Source: Hydrolagus colliei (taxonomy: Eukaryota). Taken from it: 64,000 nucleotides of DNA. Positions 40,595 through 51,738 of this stretch are shown piece by piece. The notes under the pieces were generated by a model. It did not search any database. It had not been told where the DNA came from and saw only the letters and a list, made by a program, of their open reading frames with translations. The position numbers and the translations under genes were made by a program. The stretch lies in contig CM068749.1 of NCBI GenBank assembly GCA_035084275.1, positions 16,120,001 through 16,184,000 of the forward strand, read 5' to 3'. Positions within the stretch are counted from its first letter, which is position 1; each line of letters opens with the position of its first letter.

Positions 40595-40725
40595 CACATT
40601 AGTGCTGAGTTAGCTAGCCACATCTAGCAGTTGGCGCACTATACTTGGTCTCAACATATCTGTGTTAGGGAGGGTAAGTAGCTTGCCTGATACTCACTGT
40701 CTGGGCTCACACATGAATGCCACCT
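40595..40725 (+). mobile_element. Family B internally deleted copy
   Basis: gtgctgagttagct...gttagggaggg...actcactgtctgggctcacacatgaatgccac. Confidence 0.5.
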
Positions 40726-41029
40726 TTCTTGAGCTAACATAACGGTTATGGTTTAGTTGACTGGGATTGGCAGAACTAACGTATTCATCACTTTGCTCAA
40801 TTGTCATAACTAATCAAGCAATACTAGGTCAAGCAGCAACCTGAACATCCAAGAGCAAACTCATTTTACCCAGTGGATACCATAAACCCCAAGTGATAAA
40901 TATTTGCATAATGTTACTTAAGAACACAAGAACATAAGAAATGCTAGATAAAGAAAGACCAAGGTCCATCTAATTCGCCTTCCACCTTCTTGGCGTTCAC
41001 ATGCACATACATCCTAAACTACCTTTGTA

Positions 41030-41290
41030 TATAACAACAGCAACAAAAATACATTTGTATAGCGCCATTCACGTCGGGAGGACATCCCTAGGGAGCGGAC
41101 AGGTTGACAGCGGGTTAGGAGATCACAAAGATAGGGTGGGATGAGACGATGGAGGATTTTGAAGGTGATGACTAGGATCTTGAATTGAATCCTTTAGATG
41201 ATGGGAAGCCAATGGAGTCGGGTGAAAATGGGGGAGATGGGGTCATGGTGCTTGAAAGGTAGAGAACATGGCTGCAGAGTTCTGGATATA
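41030..41290 (-). mobile_element. L2 LINE 3' fragment with internal deletion
   Basis: caacaacagcaac tail, then atagcgccattcacgtcgggaggacatccc and ggctgcagagttctggat, reverse complements of the L2 tail and ORF. Confidence 0.8.
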
Positions 41291-42584
41291 TAAGTTCTAT
41301 ATATAAGAACATAAGAATGTTGGGCACTTTAACAAAAATAACTAGGTTTATTCTTTGCTTATTTTTTCCTCGTTATACTAAATAATGAAAAACTCTATGG
41401 AATTTAGCATGTTACCTTAAAGTACACACATATGTGCTAACATGTCATTAGAGGTGAAAACTGATGTACAACAATAATAACATTTACATAGTGCCTTTTG
41501 CATCAGGAGGATGTTTCAAAGCGCTTCACACAGCTGACTGGGAGTGACTAGGATATTCTCAACCTAAGAACTGAGGTATTTCTACTGGAACAAAGCTCTG
41601 AAACCTTATTTGATCTGAGTTCAAATAATTCTTATTGTCTTACCAAAAGAATAGTTAGTGTTCAATGAAAACAGATATGTGTTTTAACCAACTATAATCC
41701 TTACTATAATCTAAGTAACTGGACTGACTGAGCTTCCAAATGGAGTTATCGAATGTTTGACCTTAAGCTTTTCCACTTAGAATGAAAGCATGAATGTTAC
41801 AGCCAATAACTTGATTCTTATGAATTGCATTTGCATTGTTAGTGTTTTCTTGCAACTGCTCATGGCAATCTTATGATAATAGAATACCTCATTTTAATTA
41901 TATCTTAAATGTGAGAGTTTAGACAAGAGATGGGAGAAAAAAGAGAAATTAAACCTGTTGTAAAAGTGAACATGGAAATTGTTAACAGAGGCTAATGCTT
42001 TTAAGAATGCTAAGCATCACAGCTACATGAGGTTCAGTGAAGAACTCAGTCGGTCCTAACTTTGTATCAAATGACCTAAAGTTAATTTACTCATTGAGGT
42101 GAAATTTTAAAATCCAAAATCTCTTCTCTGTCAGTCAAAAAATAAAGTGAAAGTAATAATAAACAATGCAAGCCACAAAAGAACAATAAATCTTCTGGAA
42201 ATAAACAAGTCACTGGGAAGAAATTATCTCAAGTTCTTTGAAATAAACATCAGTAACCTATCTCACTTATATTCTTACTTACTATTCTAGCACTTGGCAC
42301 CTAGAGTAATTTACAAATAGGATAGATAGACATTCTACAATTTTGTTTGATTGTCTTTTTGAAAGCAATACTGTAACTTTTTAAGGTGATGAAATGAATA
42401 AAGTAAAAAAGTATATCTTAAAATATATAAAGAGAATGAAAGGGTCTTCTATATCTCTCAAGTTTTGAAGGACACAGAAATTCAATGACAACTTGCATTG
42501 ACTTCCCCATTCCCTAGCTGCCCATTCTGTGGATATACATGTATCGACCACATGAGTTTCGCCCACAAATATATAGTCAATTTT

Positions 42585-42732
42585 CCTACTCTTCTTTGTC
42601 CTGCACCGACCCCTCCACCCCTGCTTTTGTCCCTAACTGACTGTACAGCGCATTGGGACGTCCTCTCGACGTGAAAGGCGCTATATAAATGTAAATTTTG
42701 ATTGGTTGATTGATTGATTGATTGATTGATTG
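42585..42732 (+). mobile_element. L2 3' tail ending in a (GATT)n microsatellite
   Basis: gtacagcgcattgggacgtcctctcgacgtgaaaggcgctatataaat followed by gatt repeats. Confidence 0.8.
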
Positions 42733-43109
42733 GGGTAGCATGGTAGCATCCTCAGTTAGAGAGGATAATGGGGTGTATCCAGGTAGATGTATAATTTCCG
42801 GCAGTTTGGACATTGTTATGAACAGTGCAGTAAACTGCTTTCCATCATAGTCTTTCAGGTCTTTGTGTGTTTTATCAATATTGCTATTGCCATTGTTTCT
42901 GGGATTTCCTACAGCACTGTGCATCATCTTTCTTGTCACTATTTTGAAACCAAGGCACAGCTCATACTATTTTATCCTCTTAACTTATTCCTATCTGCCT
43001 TCCCTCTCTCCTGCAGTTTACATGTTTTTGAAATCCACGTCTGGCATCACTTAACCATGTCTAAACATATTTTGTCTTTCACTACTGCTCTTTGTTTTTT
43101 GCTTCTGCT

Positions 43110-43410
43110 GGAGGTCTGATTCCTCAGGTAACTGTCACCTTGAGTTCCTTGCCCAAGTGGCCATTATTCATGTATGAGGACAGTGAATATTGCATCGTCT
43201 GATGTTGGTCTCCACCATAAAAATACACATCCAGCATTGGTTACTGTGAACCAGAACCCTGGCTGACTTTCTCCATCCCTAATCCAGAGCAATGGAGGTG
43301 ATTGTGGTGCTTGAGCCACGACAGCTGTACTCAAGACAGACTCGAGAATTTCCTGTTCTGTACACCACATTTTCCTTCATGAAAAGACTGACTGGTCTAT
43401 TGGGGGAGCC
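43110..43410 (-). mobile_element. Family B copy
   Basis: gcccaagtggccattattcatgtatgaggacagtgaat is the reverse complement of the shared core. Confidence 0.5.
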
Positions 43411-45066
43411 AAGATCAGTATCACATTTGCAATGAAAAGTAACTTCTGTTTGTGATTTTCAGATTAGGAAACTGGTTTGCGTAATCAGTCACAAGAGTCT
43501 GGAAAATTTGGAAGTGTTGCCTAATTTACTCAGGCAGTTGATCATTTAATTGCTGCTAAGGCAGAATTTCATTGCAAACTACTTATGTGCACTATCCAAC
43601 ATTCTCACTGTTGTAAGAAATGTGTTAATTTGTTTCGGGGATTTTATCTTCATTTGTTTGCTTATGCCAAAAGTTCTGATGCTCAAGTCTATGTTGTCAC
43701 CATAGACGGCAGGTGGCTATGGCTTAAATCCTTCAAATCTATCCACAACTCGCCTCTTTAAGAAGAGAAGATAGAAAGGAGAAAGCCAAAAGGAGGACCA
43801 TGGTCAGTTCTCAAGAGCTTCCTCTTGACCCTCTCCTAATTCCTGCCGACTTCCAGTCCGCTCGTCAAGTATTCTTACCTCTGACTGGCCAGTGGACTTG
43901 CCAGTAAAGCCAATTTCTGGCTTGTCTGTGTGGAAGAGGACCGGCCCTTTAACTAACTTTTACTAAACGACTCCAAATATATTCCTCCGCCTCATATGGT
44001 TGTCATTATTGAACAGGGATCGTTCACATTGTCAATTAAATGTCATCAGTGCCTTCCATATCCATTGGATATCAGAATACTTGTTACTGTAATACAAAGT
44101 AATACTTTAATCTCTGAATTTCTGTTTTCAACACAAATGATATTTTAATGCTTTAAACTTGCCAGTTGAGGTATTCCTTTAATTCCCTAACATTTTGGTT
44201 AATCAAAAAAAAAGGATTTGTTTATTGTCAGATACTTATCCCGGTCACAGTCATTAATATTTGCTTTTCTCTTAATATGCATTAATAAGTTTAAACAAAA
44301 CTGTTGTGCAACTCACAAATACAAGTTAATGATCTAAATCTGTCCAGTGCACCAAATGAAGGTAGGCTGCTTTATACAGTACTGTGAACTTGCATAAACT
44401 TTTTTTGTTCCTGTTTTGTCTCTGCTGGTAAGAGAAATTGTATATGCTCCCAAAATGAATCTAATGACTTCTTATCTTTCCAAATAATCAGTGGAAGCCT
44501 GATAAAGTTAACCCAATTCATTCTCTTGAATGTGGAGCTGTAATGGTGACATTTATTGTATTTAGGTGCAGTTTATAATATTTTAAAAAGCTTGTTAACA
44601 AACTAATGTCAGCATATGACAATGAGAATGTTTCTATGCTGTATGCTTTCAGTTAAAATGCTGCAATGTGGGCATGACTAGCCTCTTGCATCAGCATGAA
44701 ATGTGCCTTGTTAATGTGGATGATTGTGGTGTTGCTTGGAGACGGAAAGTGGCACTGCAGAAATGAGTTGCTCTTAGAGTAAAGACCTGTTGAGAGGTTT
44801 TGTATTATACTGTTAATGCAATAATCCATTTTAGTTGTATGCGTAACTAAAATGGTGATTGATTTTTGCTGTGCCTACTCTAGTATTGGAATACAGGTGG
44901 TGTATTACTGGTATCAAAAAGGTGCAATACTTATTTAACCCCCACCTATCTCGTATTGAGCCTACATATTGAAGTATGGCGGTCCTTACAGTGATAGATA
45001 AATCATGTTAATCTCTTTTCTTTTTTTCTTGCACTTTTTCATTCTCTCTTCCAATGCTTAAAATAG

Positions 45067-45081
45067 AAGTGGAACAAAAAG
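45067..45081 (+). CDS. ADGRL2: Alternative microexon (latrophilin splice site A): KVEQK (15 nt), or MEQK if spliced at 45070 (12 nt)
   Basis: A long pyrimidine tract at 45012-45052 precedes aatag|aagtggaacaaaaag|gtaaat. Phase 1-1 and frame-preserving. KVEQK is the known lectin-olfactomedin linker insert of latrophilins. Confidence 0.9.
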
Positions 45082-45729
45082 GTAAATAACATACACAGTC
45101 CCAAACCCAGATCCTTGTTTTGTGCCATATGGTTGTTAACCTCCCTACCCCTACTCTGGTGTTTTGAGGAATCTCATCAGAACAGAACATTGATGTAAAG
45201 GTCAATACATTTGTATTCTATCTGATCCGAGGACATAGCTCCATTAAGAAGGTGGTGGGTGTAGTGGCTGGTGTCCTCGAGGATATCTCTTTCACACCCA
45301 TAGGTGCTTTCTTGTGTCAGTAGATATCATCTGCCTGGCTTCCGGAACCCTCTCCATAGCATGCCATGGTTAACAGGGTTTCCTGGGCTACCTCACGCAC
45401 TGCTTCTGTTGTCTTTTTGCTCTCCACTGCCTTTCCACCTCTAGCTTTCTATTGTAAAACCTGATGACGAACCTCTTTCTTATTCCCCCCCGCACTCCAG
45501 TTTCACTCCCCAAACTTCCGAAACATTTATAACAGGCATTCTCACAACTATTTAATGGTTACACTTTTGTTGTGTGAGTAGAATGTTAATTTTCAGTGTT
45601 TCAGAATATTGTAGTTGTGACATCTTAAAGGGGAAACCTTTGTTTTCAATCTGGGGGGGTTTTCAAAAAGGTAACGCTCTTCTTTTTTTGTTCTTCCTTT
45701 CCTCCTTGCACCTCCACTGTGATTTTTAG

Positions 45730-46530
45730 TTTTTGTTTGTCCTGGAACTCTGAAAGCAGTTGTGGATTCAGCCTACGTAACTGAGGCTGAGCAGCAGTCT
45801 GGTGCCTGGTGTAAAGACCCACTTCAGGCTGGGGACAAAATCTACTACATGCCATGGACACCTTATCGCACAGACACTTTGATGGAATATGCTTCAGTAC
45901 AAGATTTCACTTCTGGACGTCCCACAACGACTTATAAACTGCCCCACCGGGTTGATGGCACTGGCTTTGTGGTATATGACGGCGCTGTGTTTTTCAACAA
46001 AGAAAGGACGAGGAATATTGTGAAATATGACTTGAGAACTAGGATCAAAAGTGGGGAAGCTATCATTGCCAATGCCAACTATCACGACACCTCACCATAC
46101 CGTTGGGGGGGCAAGTCAGACATAGATTTAGCAGTGGATGAAAATGGCTTGTGGGTCATTTATGCCACAGAGCAGAACAACGGAATGATGGTAATCAGCC
46201 AACTGAACCCTTACACTCTCCGCTTTGAAGGCACCTGGGACACGTCGTACGACAAGCGAACGGCATCGAATGCGTTCATGATATGTGGCGTTTTATACGT
46301 AGTGCGATCAGTCTATGAAGACAACGAAAGCGAAACGGGGAAGAACTCGATAGATTATATATACAACACTAACCTAAACAAAGAGGAATTTGTGGATATT
46401 CAATTTCCAAACCAATACCAGCACATAGCTGCTGTGGATTACAACCCAAGAGACAACCAGCTCTACGTATGGAATAATAATTTCATCCTGAGGTATTCAC
46501 TGGAATTTGGTCCCCCCGACCCTGGACAAG
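45730..46530 (+). CDS. ADGRL2: Latrophilin-2 olfactomedin-domain exon, 801 nt
   Basis: Acceptor gatttttag| and donor |gtaaga. Translates (I/V)[50 protein letters not shown]...[30 protein letters not shown]. This is the core of ORF 45762..46646. [12 protein letters not shown] is ADGRL2-type. Confidence 0.97.
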
Positions 46531-47219
46531 GTAAGAATCATCTTACCAGTAACACATCCTTTTTTAAGTTAGAATTCTCTTTTCATAGACAGGGTAAGAA
46601 AATTAACATAAAGGCGAAAAAGTTTGAGCTTGTGAACCCTGCATGATTATTGTCACTGTAGATGTACAAACACTTTGTGTTTTCACTGAATAAGAAGGTA
46701 GAAAAAACAGTATTATTTGGATCCTAAATTACTGTAAACATATTACATTTTGAAAACCAAATGTAGCCTCAGCAGGTCTAAAGTGTTCTGCTCTCTGTGA
46801 CAGAAACAATCGATATCCTTCGTAGTAGTGTTTTCTTTCAAAAACCTTTGCCAATTTTCTCCCATCACGTTAAAAATGAACAGAAAAATGGAAGATATAC
46901 AGGCAAGAACAAAGAAATTAAGAACCCAGAAGTAATGGCACAAGCAGAAGAGGTCGACAAGGAAGAAGCAAAACAAGCTAAATCGAAACATGGCTGGGAA
47001 ATGCCAATCTTCAGGTTTATGCAGATTTACAAGGGAGGGAAGATTGAGGGTGATGAGGTCCACATTGCTGGTCATGTGAAGGAATAGGTGATGGGCTCTG
47101 ATTCATCACAGAGAGCAGAATGAGCAAATTACTTATTAGAATCTTGGGAAGAACAAAACTGGATAGTTCAGAAGGACAGCAAATTTTAGATGTATAAAAT
47201 AACACGAGAGATAAGAAAG

Positions 47220-47555
47220 GTTACACTTTGGAGCTTAACATTACCATCATCTATAGGAGGAATTAGATTGCCTCCTGCACTGCAGGAGGCAAGAGAGGCC
47301 AGGATTCAGAGAAGGATCATCTATCAGCCAGCCACAGAAGACATTGATTAACAATGTTCAATGCTTTACTATTTCTATAAATGTTAAGCTCCAAAGTGTA
47401 ACATTGTTTAGAGTAGTTTATACTGGTATTCACTGGGTTACCTTGCAGATCACTTTCTCATTTTAACTGAAAAGTTCAAAGTTTTAAATATGCCTAGCTT
47501 GAATTAGGCTTTAATGTAGACTTATCACTAATTCCTCCTATAGATGATGGTAATG
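47220..47555. repeat. Cluster of short perfect inverted repeats
   Basis: 47220-47242/47380-47402 (23 bp), 47239-47266/47528-47555 (28 bp) and 47268-47279/47281-47292 (12 bp). Confidence 0.9.
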
Positions 47556-47633
47556 ATCATAGTTTACTATATCGTTAGCCTCTACACATAACTTCCATGA
47601 TTATTTTCATAAAGGCCAAAGGGCCTCTGTCTT

Positions 47634-47927
47634 ATAATAATATAAATAATAATCATTGTATTTGATTTAATGCTTTTCACATCTTTTAGACCTCTCAAAG
47701 CGCTTCACAGAATATACTGTAAAGTGAATTGACTGCATATTTGTGGACGAAACGTGGCAGCCAATTATGCACAGCAGTGTCCCACAAACAGTTGTGGATT
47801 GAAATGACCAAATTTTTAAATTATTGTTTTTTGAGGGAGGGATTATTATTAGGCATGTGCAGTAAGGAAACTTGCCCAAGGTTTCGCCCGGCCTAGATTC
47901 AAACGTCTCACACTTGTAAGACTTGAG
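47634..47927 (-). mobile_element. Same SINE family, near full length with partial tRNA head
   Basis: Reverse-complement match to about 11590-11884 (ctcaaagcgcttcacagaatatactgtaaagtgaattgactg...aaggaaacttgcccaaggtttcgccc). Confidence 0.9.
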
Positions 47928-49429
47928 ATCTGTCTTCCAAACATCTTTTGTGAAAATGTACAAACCAAAGTATTCTGCTAAACTTAATGGTAAAGAACCC
48001 AGCTGATTAGAAATACTGTACTTACAAGATCGCCTTTATTTGCAGGTTGATTAATTGCTGTTTATAAAAATATGTCGTTGAAATTCAACTTACTTCATAG
48101 ATGTGCTCTCTGCTGTTGGAGGAACTCTTTGGTCTGTTGTCTCCTGAGAGAAGAGATATCTTGTTTACTAAATGTAGTAGATTACTAATCAGGTATTTTA
48201 AAATCAGACATCAGAGATGTTTATCCCTTGGGAGACTGCATAATAATAATTGGCTTTACAGAAGTAGGCATCTAAATGCGCACTGCTTCCCAATAACAAC
48301 TTTCAAGGGGTTAAAAATACAAGCTTGCTTTTTATTATGACATAAAATGGATAAACAAAGTCGATTATAGTTTTCATTTTCCATGTTGATTTATCTCGAT
48401 AGTTTCACTAAATTGTTGCAAACGACTTTTCAGTTGCAGGCAAGCGATTCTTTACTGCAACCAATATTGACCTTCTTTTGTCACTTTTGATCATGCTTTC
48501 AAATTGCTTGCTGTCTTAAGAGAGCATAAAGCATTCAAAAGATGTTTTGTTTTTGCATGGATCTATTTAGTTGACAACCGAGTGCAATATCTATTAACAC
48601 AAGTTTATTATATTAAAAATCTGTTGATCATTTAAGTGTGGTATCAAATTCAAAATTCATAATGTCTAATGATAGGCCTAATATGTCCATCCTTTCACTA
48701 GCAGAACTGGTTTGCCAGCAATTACCTGACACCTCTGCAATAGATTTTGATAACTTTGACAAATCTTAATTGAGCGAGCGCTCTGGTTTTCCAGCCGAAA
48801 AGTTGGGTTGTGTTTTAATCAAAAGAAAATTACAGGGACTTCAGGAGATGTCAAACAAGCACTCACAGAGAAGAGTGCAGGCAGCTTCCAATGGCTTTCT
48901 GTAGCGGTCAGTCAGGCATGAAGTGTCAACTAGCTTAGACATGCAACTCTTAAGCAATCAATGGAAGCAGCCATTCAAAACAAGACATGTGTTCAGGACT
49001 TTGGTGTTTGAGATGTGTGGTGGTGGCAGGATGAGAATATCATCCATGCAATGATAACTGCAACATCAATAGCAGTTTAATTCCCAACTTTTAAAGCTGA
49101 CAAATTCTGATAGTTAAAGTTCTGGTTCAGAGGTTATAATATTGTCATCATTATTGCTACAGGACAATGTTGGGTCCTGTGACTTATTACTCCAGTAATT
49201 TTAGACTGCACGGCACCGCGGTAGATAATATGGAAGGAAATTAGCCTGGTCAGCTCTATTTGGTCTCCAAACTAACTGTACAAAGGAACAAATAATGAAT
49301 TGTCAGGCATCAATGGTGAAGAAAGCCATTAACTTTCAAACATAGTGCAGAACATTTGCATCTGACAATTGGGTGAAGGGACAGTAAAGAAAAGGAGTAT
49401 TATATTTTAAGTCTGGCATAAAACCATGC

Positions 49430-49800
49430 AGATCATTGACATCCTAAGTTTGATCCCTATCCAAATGTAATGCGTTTGCTGGTTTCAGTCAGGGGGAGAA
49501 TGTGAGAATACAGGGCTGGGGGGATATGGAGTTGTATAATTGGCTCAGTAGAGCTCGCGAGGGGGAAGATTAGTGAAGGTGCTTCCTCTGTTGATTGCTA
49601 TCTATCTACTGACCCCTGCTGGAAAGTGGATGTGTGTCAAAGACTGGTGAGGACAGAATCAACTCAGCTCCCCAGAATCATACAAGATGCCAGCAAATCA
49701 CTAGCGAGGAAAGCTTGCACACGAGTATTGGCCACTTGGGCAAAACACCTCAGCATGAGTTGTTTCCTTCAGGGGAGAAGAACAAATTGGAACAAAGCTT
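49430..49800 (+). mobile_element. Family B copy
   Basis: tataattggctcag, tgacccctgctggaaagtggatgtgtgt and tggccacttgggc are shared with other copies. Confidence 0.5.
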
Positions 49801-50714
49801 GGTGCACAGAACCATCCATTTACTTCTTTCAAATCCACATGAAGAAAGATGGAAGTGTTTCACCTCTAGTGCAGCACATCCTCGTGGGAAAACATTGATT
49901 CATTTTTTTTAACCTCCTTGAACTGCCTTCAGATTATGAGTTTACATCTAGAAGCAAGTCTGCCTCTGTAGGCAACTGGTAATACAAAAACCCCTGGTTT
50001 CCCTGTTCCCGTGTTTGGGTGAACTTCTTGATAGTTGGATCTCCTGACACCTCCTGGAGGAAAGTTGACTCTAATGAAAAAGGCTGTAGTCATCAGACCC
50101 AATAACATTTCATGTATGAGCAAGAGTCTTGATATTATCAGGCCAGTAGCACCATGACCTGAAGATGTAGTCTATGGGAAAAACCATTAGAAATGTATCT
50201 TTTGTGAAGCAAATACATCTAATATATTTTGAGTGTACGCAAATGTATAGGGTCAATGCATGACTTTGTTGCACATGTCCTCCAGATGTATAGTAATGTA
50301 AAAGCAGTGGAGCTTCAAATAAGATCAAATGCCAGTAAGATGTGCACTAAATAAAACTCTCACAAATGGATAAACCTACTTTGTAGTACAACATAGACCT
50401 CGATAGTCACAAGTTTAAACAATGTTCTGTGCTCCCCTGGGATCCCATTTGGTATGGGGAAATGAAGGCTTTCAATCTGTTGAATCACTATTCACACTCA
50501 TCGTGTAGGGCCAAGCAGAAAAAAATGATTACTTGGACAAGGCACTGGTGGACTACTGTTGCATAAGTAAGCAACTTCAGGGAAGGAGCAATAAGGGTTA
50601 CAACACTGAAGGATGAGAGAAAAGAGTTAGCAATTCAACACTGAAAATCAGCATTCCAAGTGGTATCTGACTTGAGCCAAATTGCCCTCGAGTTGTGATA
50701 TTACTTATGTGAGG

Positions 50715-50918
50715 TTTTTTTTCCCAGGATCCTGGCCAATAACCCCCAGGATAAAATTGGCCATTCACTTCATGGCTGTTGCAGCACATTCCTGAGCACA
50801 CATTGGCTGCCGCATTCCCCTACAAAAATTCACAGTTACTAACCTTTACAGTAACTTCTGCGAAGCGCACTGAGAAGTGGTCCCGACATGAAAGGTGCTC
50901 ATTTAAATGCAAGGATGA
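50715..50918 (+). mobile_element. DeuSINE-like 3' half with L2-type tail
   Basis: cctggccaataacccc...cattcacttcatggctgtt...cattggctgccgcattc...cccgacatgaaaggtgct...aaatgcaaggat. Confidence 0.65.
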
Positions 50919-51438
50919 GTTTTAGAATTACTCTTGTTAGAATTTAGTTGATTTTTATTCCTTGGTTTTCCAATCAGGATATTTTGAGAAGTGATGTATA
51001 TTCTGACGGTGAAGGAATCAATTCCCACTCAGGCTTTTTAAAGTTTAATCAGGCATGCTCACAAGCCCTCAAACACAAATGGCTGCAGGGTGGGAAGATG
51101 TTACATTAATTATTTTTCCTGTAAGGTGCTGAATTAAGTTACTGAAACATGATGTAAAACGAGAATTTCTTGAACGTTCTACTTTATACAACACAAGCTA
51201 AATTACTTCATTTTCTTAATTATTTAATGCCATATGAGTCATAATCAATACAAGTAAATCATATCTTCTGACCTGGAAAAATGTTTTATCCAATTATATT
51301 GTATTTAGCGGGGTTTTTTGCTGCTCCAATTGAACAAAACATTTTTGCGCTGGTTTGCTACTCTTTTTTCCCCGTAGATATTTGAGTAGAAATTGTCGAA
51401 AGAAACACATTTTGTTTATGTCTTCCGTTTTTTTGCAG

Positions 51439-51738
51439 TGCCGACCACTGTTGAAACAACCACCTCAAATCCAGCAATTGTGAAAACCACAGTGATAACC
51501 ACAACATCAACCACTTCAGAGAAAGGTCTGATGACCACGAGCATAGCTGGAGGTGGAAAGGCAGGCAGTCGTAGGCCTAAAGCTGGCCCTGCTGAAACTG
51601 GGACTAAAACTCCTCCAGAATCCAGCTTCTTTCCTATCCCAGAGAGATTTTGTGAGGCCACCAAAGCCAGAGAAATAGGTTGGCCTGAGTCACAGAGAGG
51701 CATCCTAGTTGAACGCCCTTGTCCTAAGGGAACCCGAG
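51439..51738 (+). CDS. ADGRL2: Latrophilin-2 exon, Ser/Thr-rich linker and start of hormone-receptor (HormR) domain, 300 nt
   Basis: Acceptor tttttttgcag| and donor |gtaaga. Translates (V)PTTVETTTS...TTSTTSEKG...[36 protein letters not shown](G). Confidence 0.95.

Noticed and set aside
45661-45676. Second donor-like caaaaag|gtaacg resembling the microexon end
   Set aside because: No plausible upstream acceptor or coding frame. It sits where the branch point of the olfactomedin exon acceptor is expected.
45762-46646. Stand-alone 294-aa olfactomedin ORF
   Set aside because: It is an internal exon with read-through into the intron. Splice sites at 45730 and 46530 explain it.
46830-47215. Purine-rich ORF 46797..47087
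   Set aside because: Probably a decayed CR1 endonuclease remnant (ETWL-like gaaacatggctg), too degenerate to call. There is no evidence for a gene.
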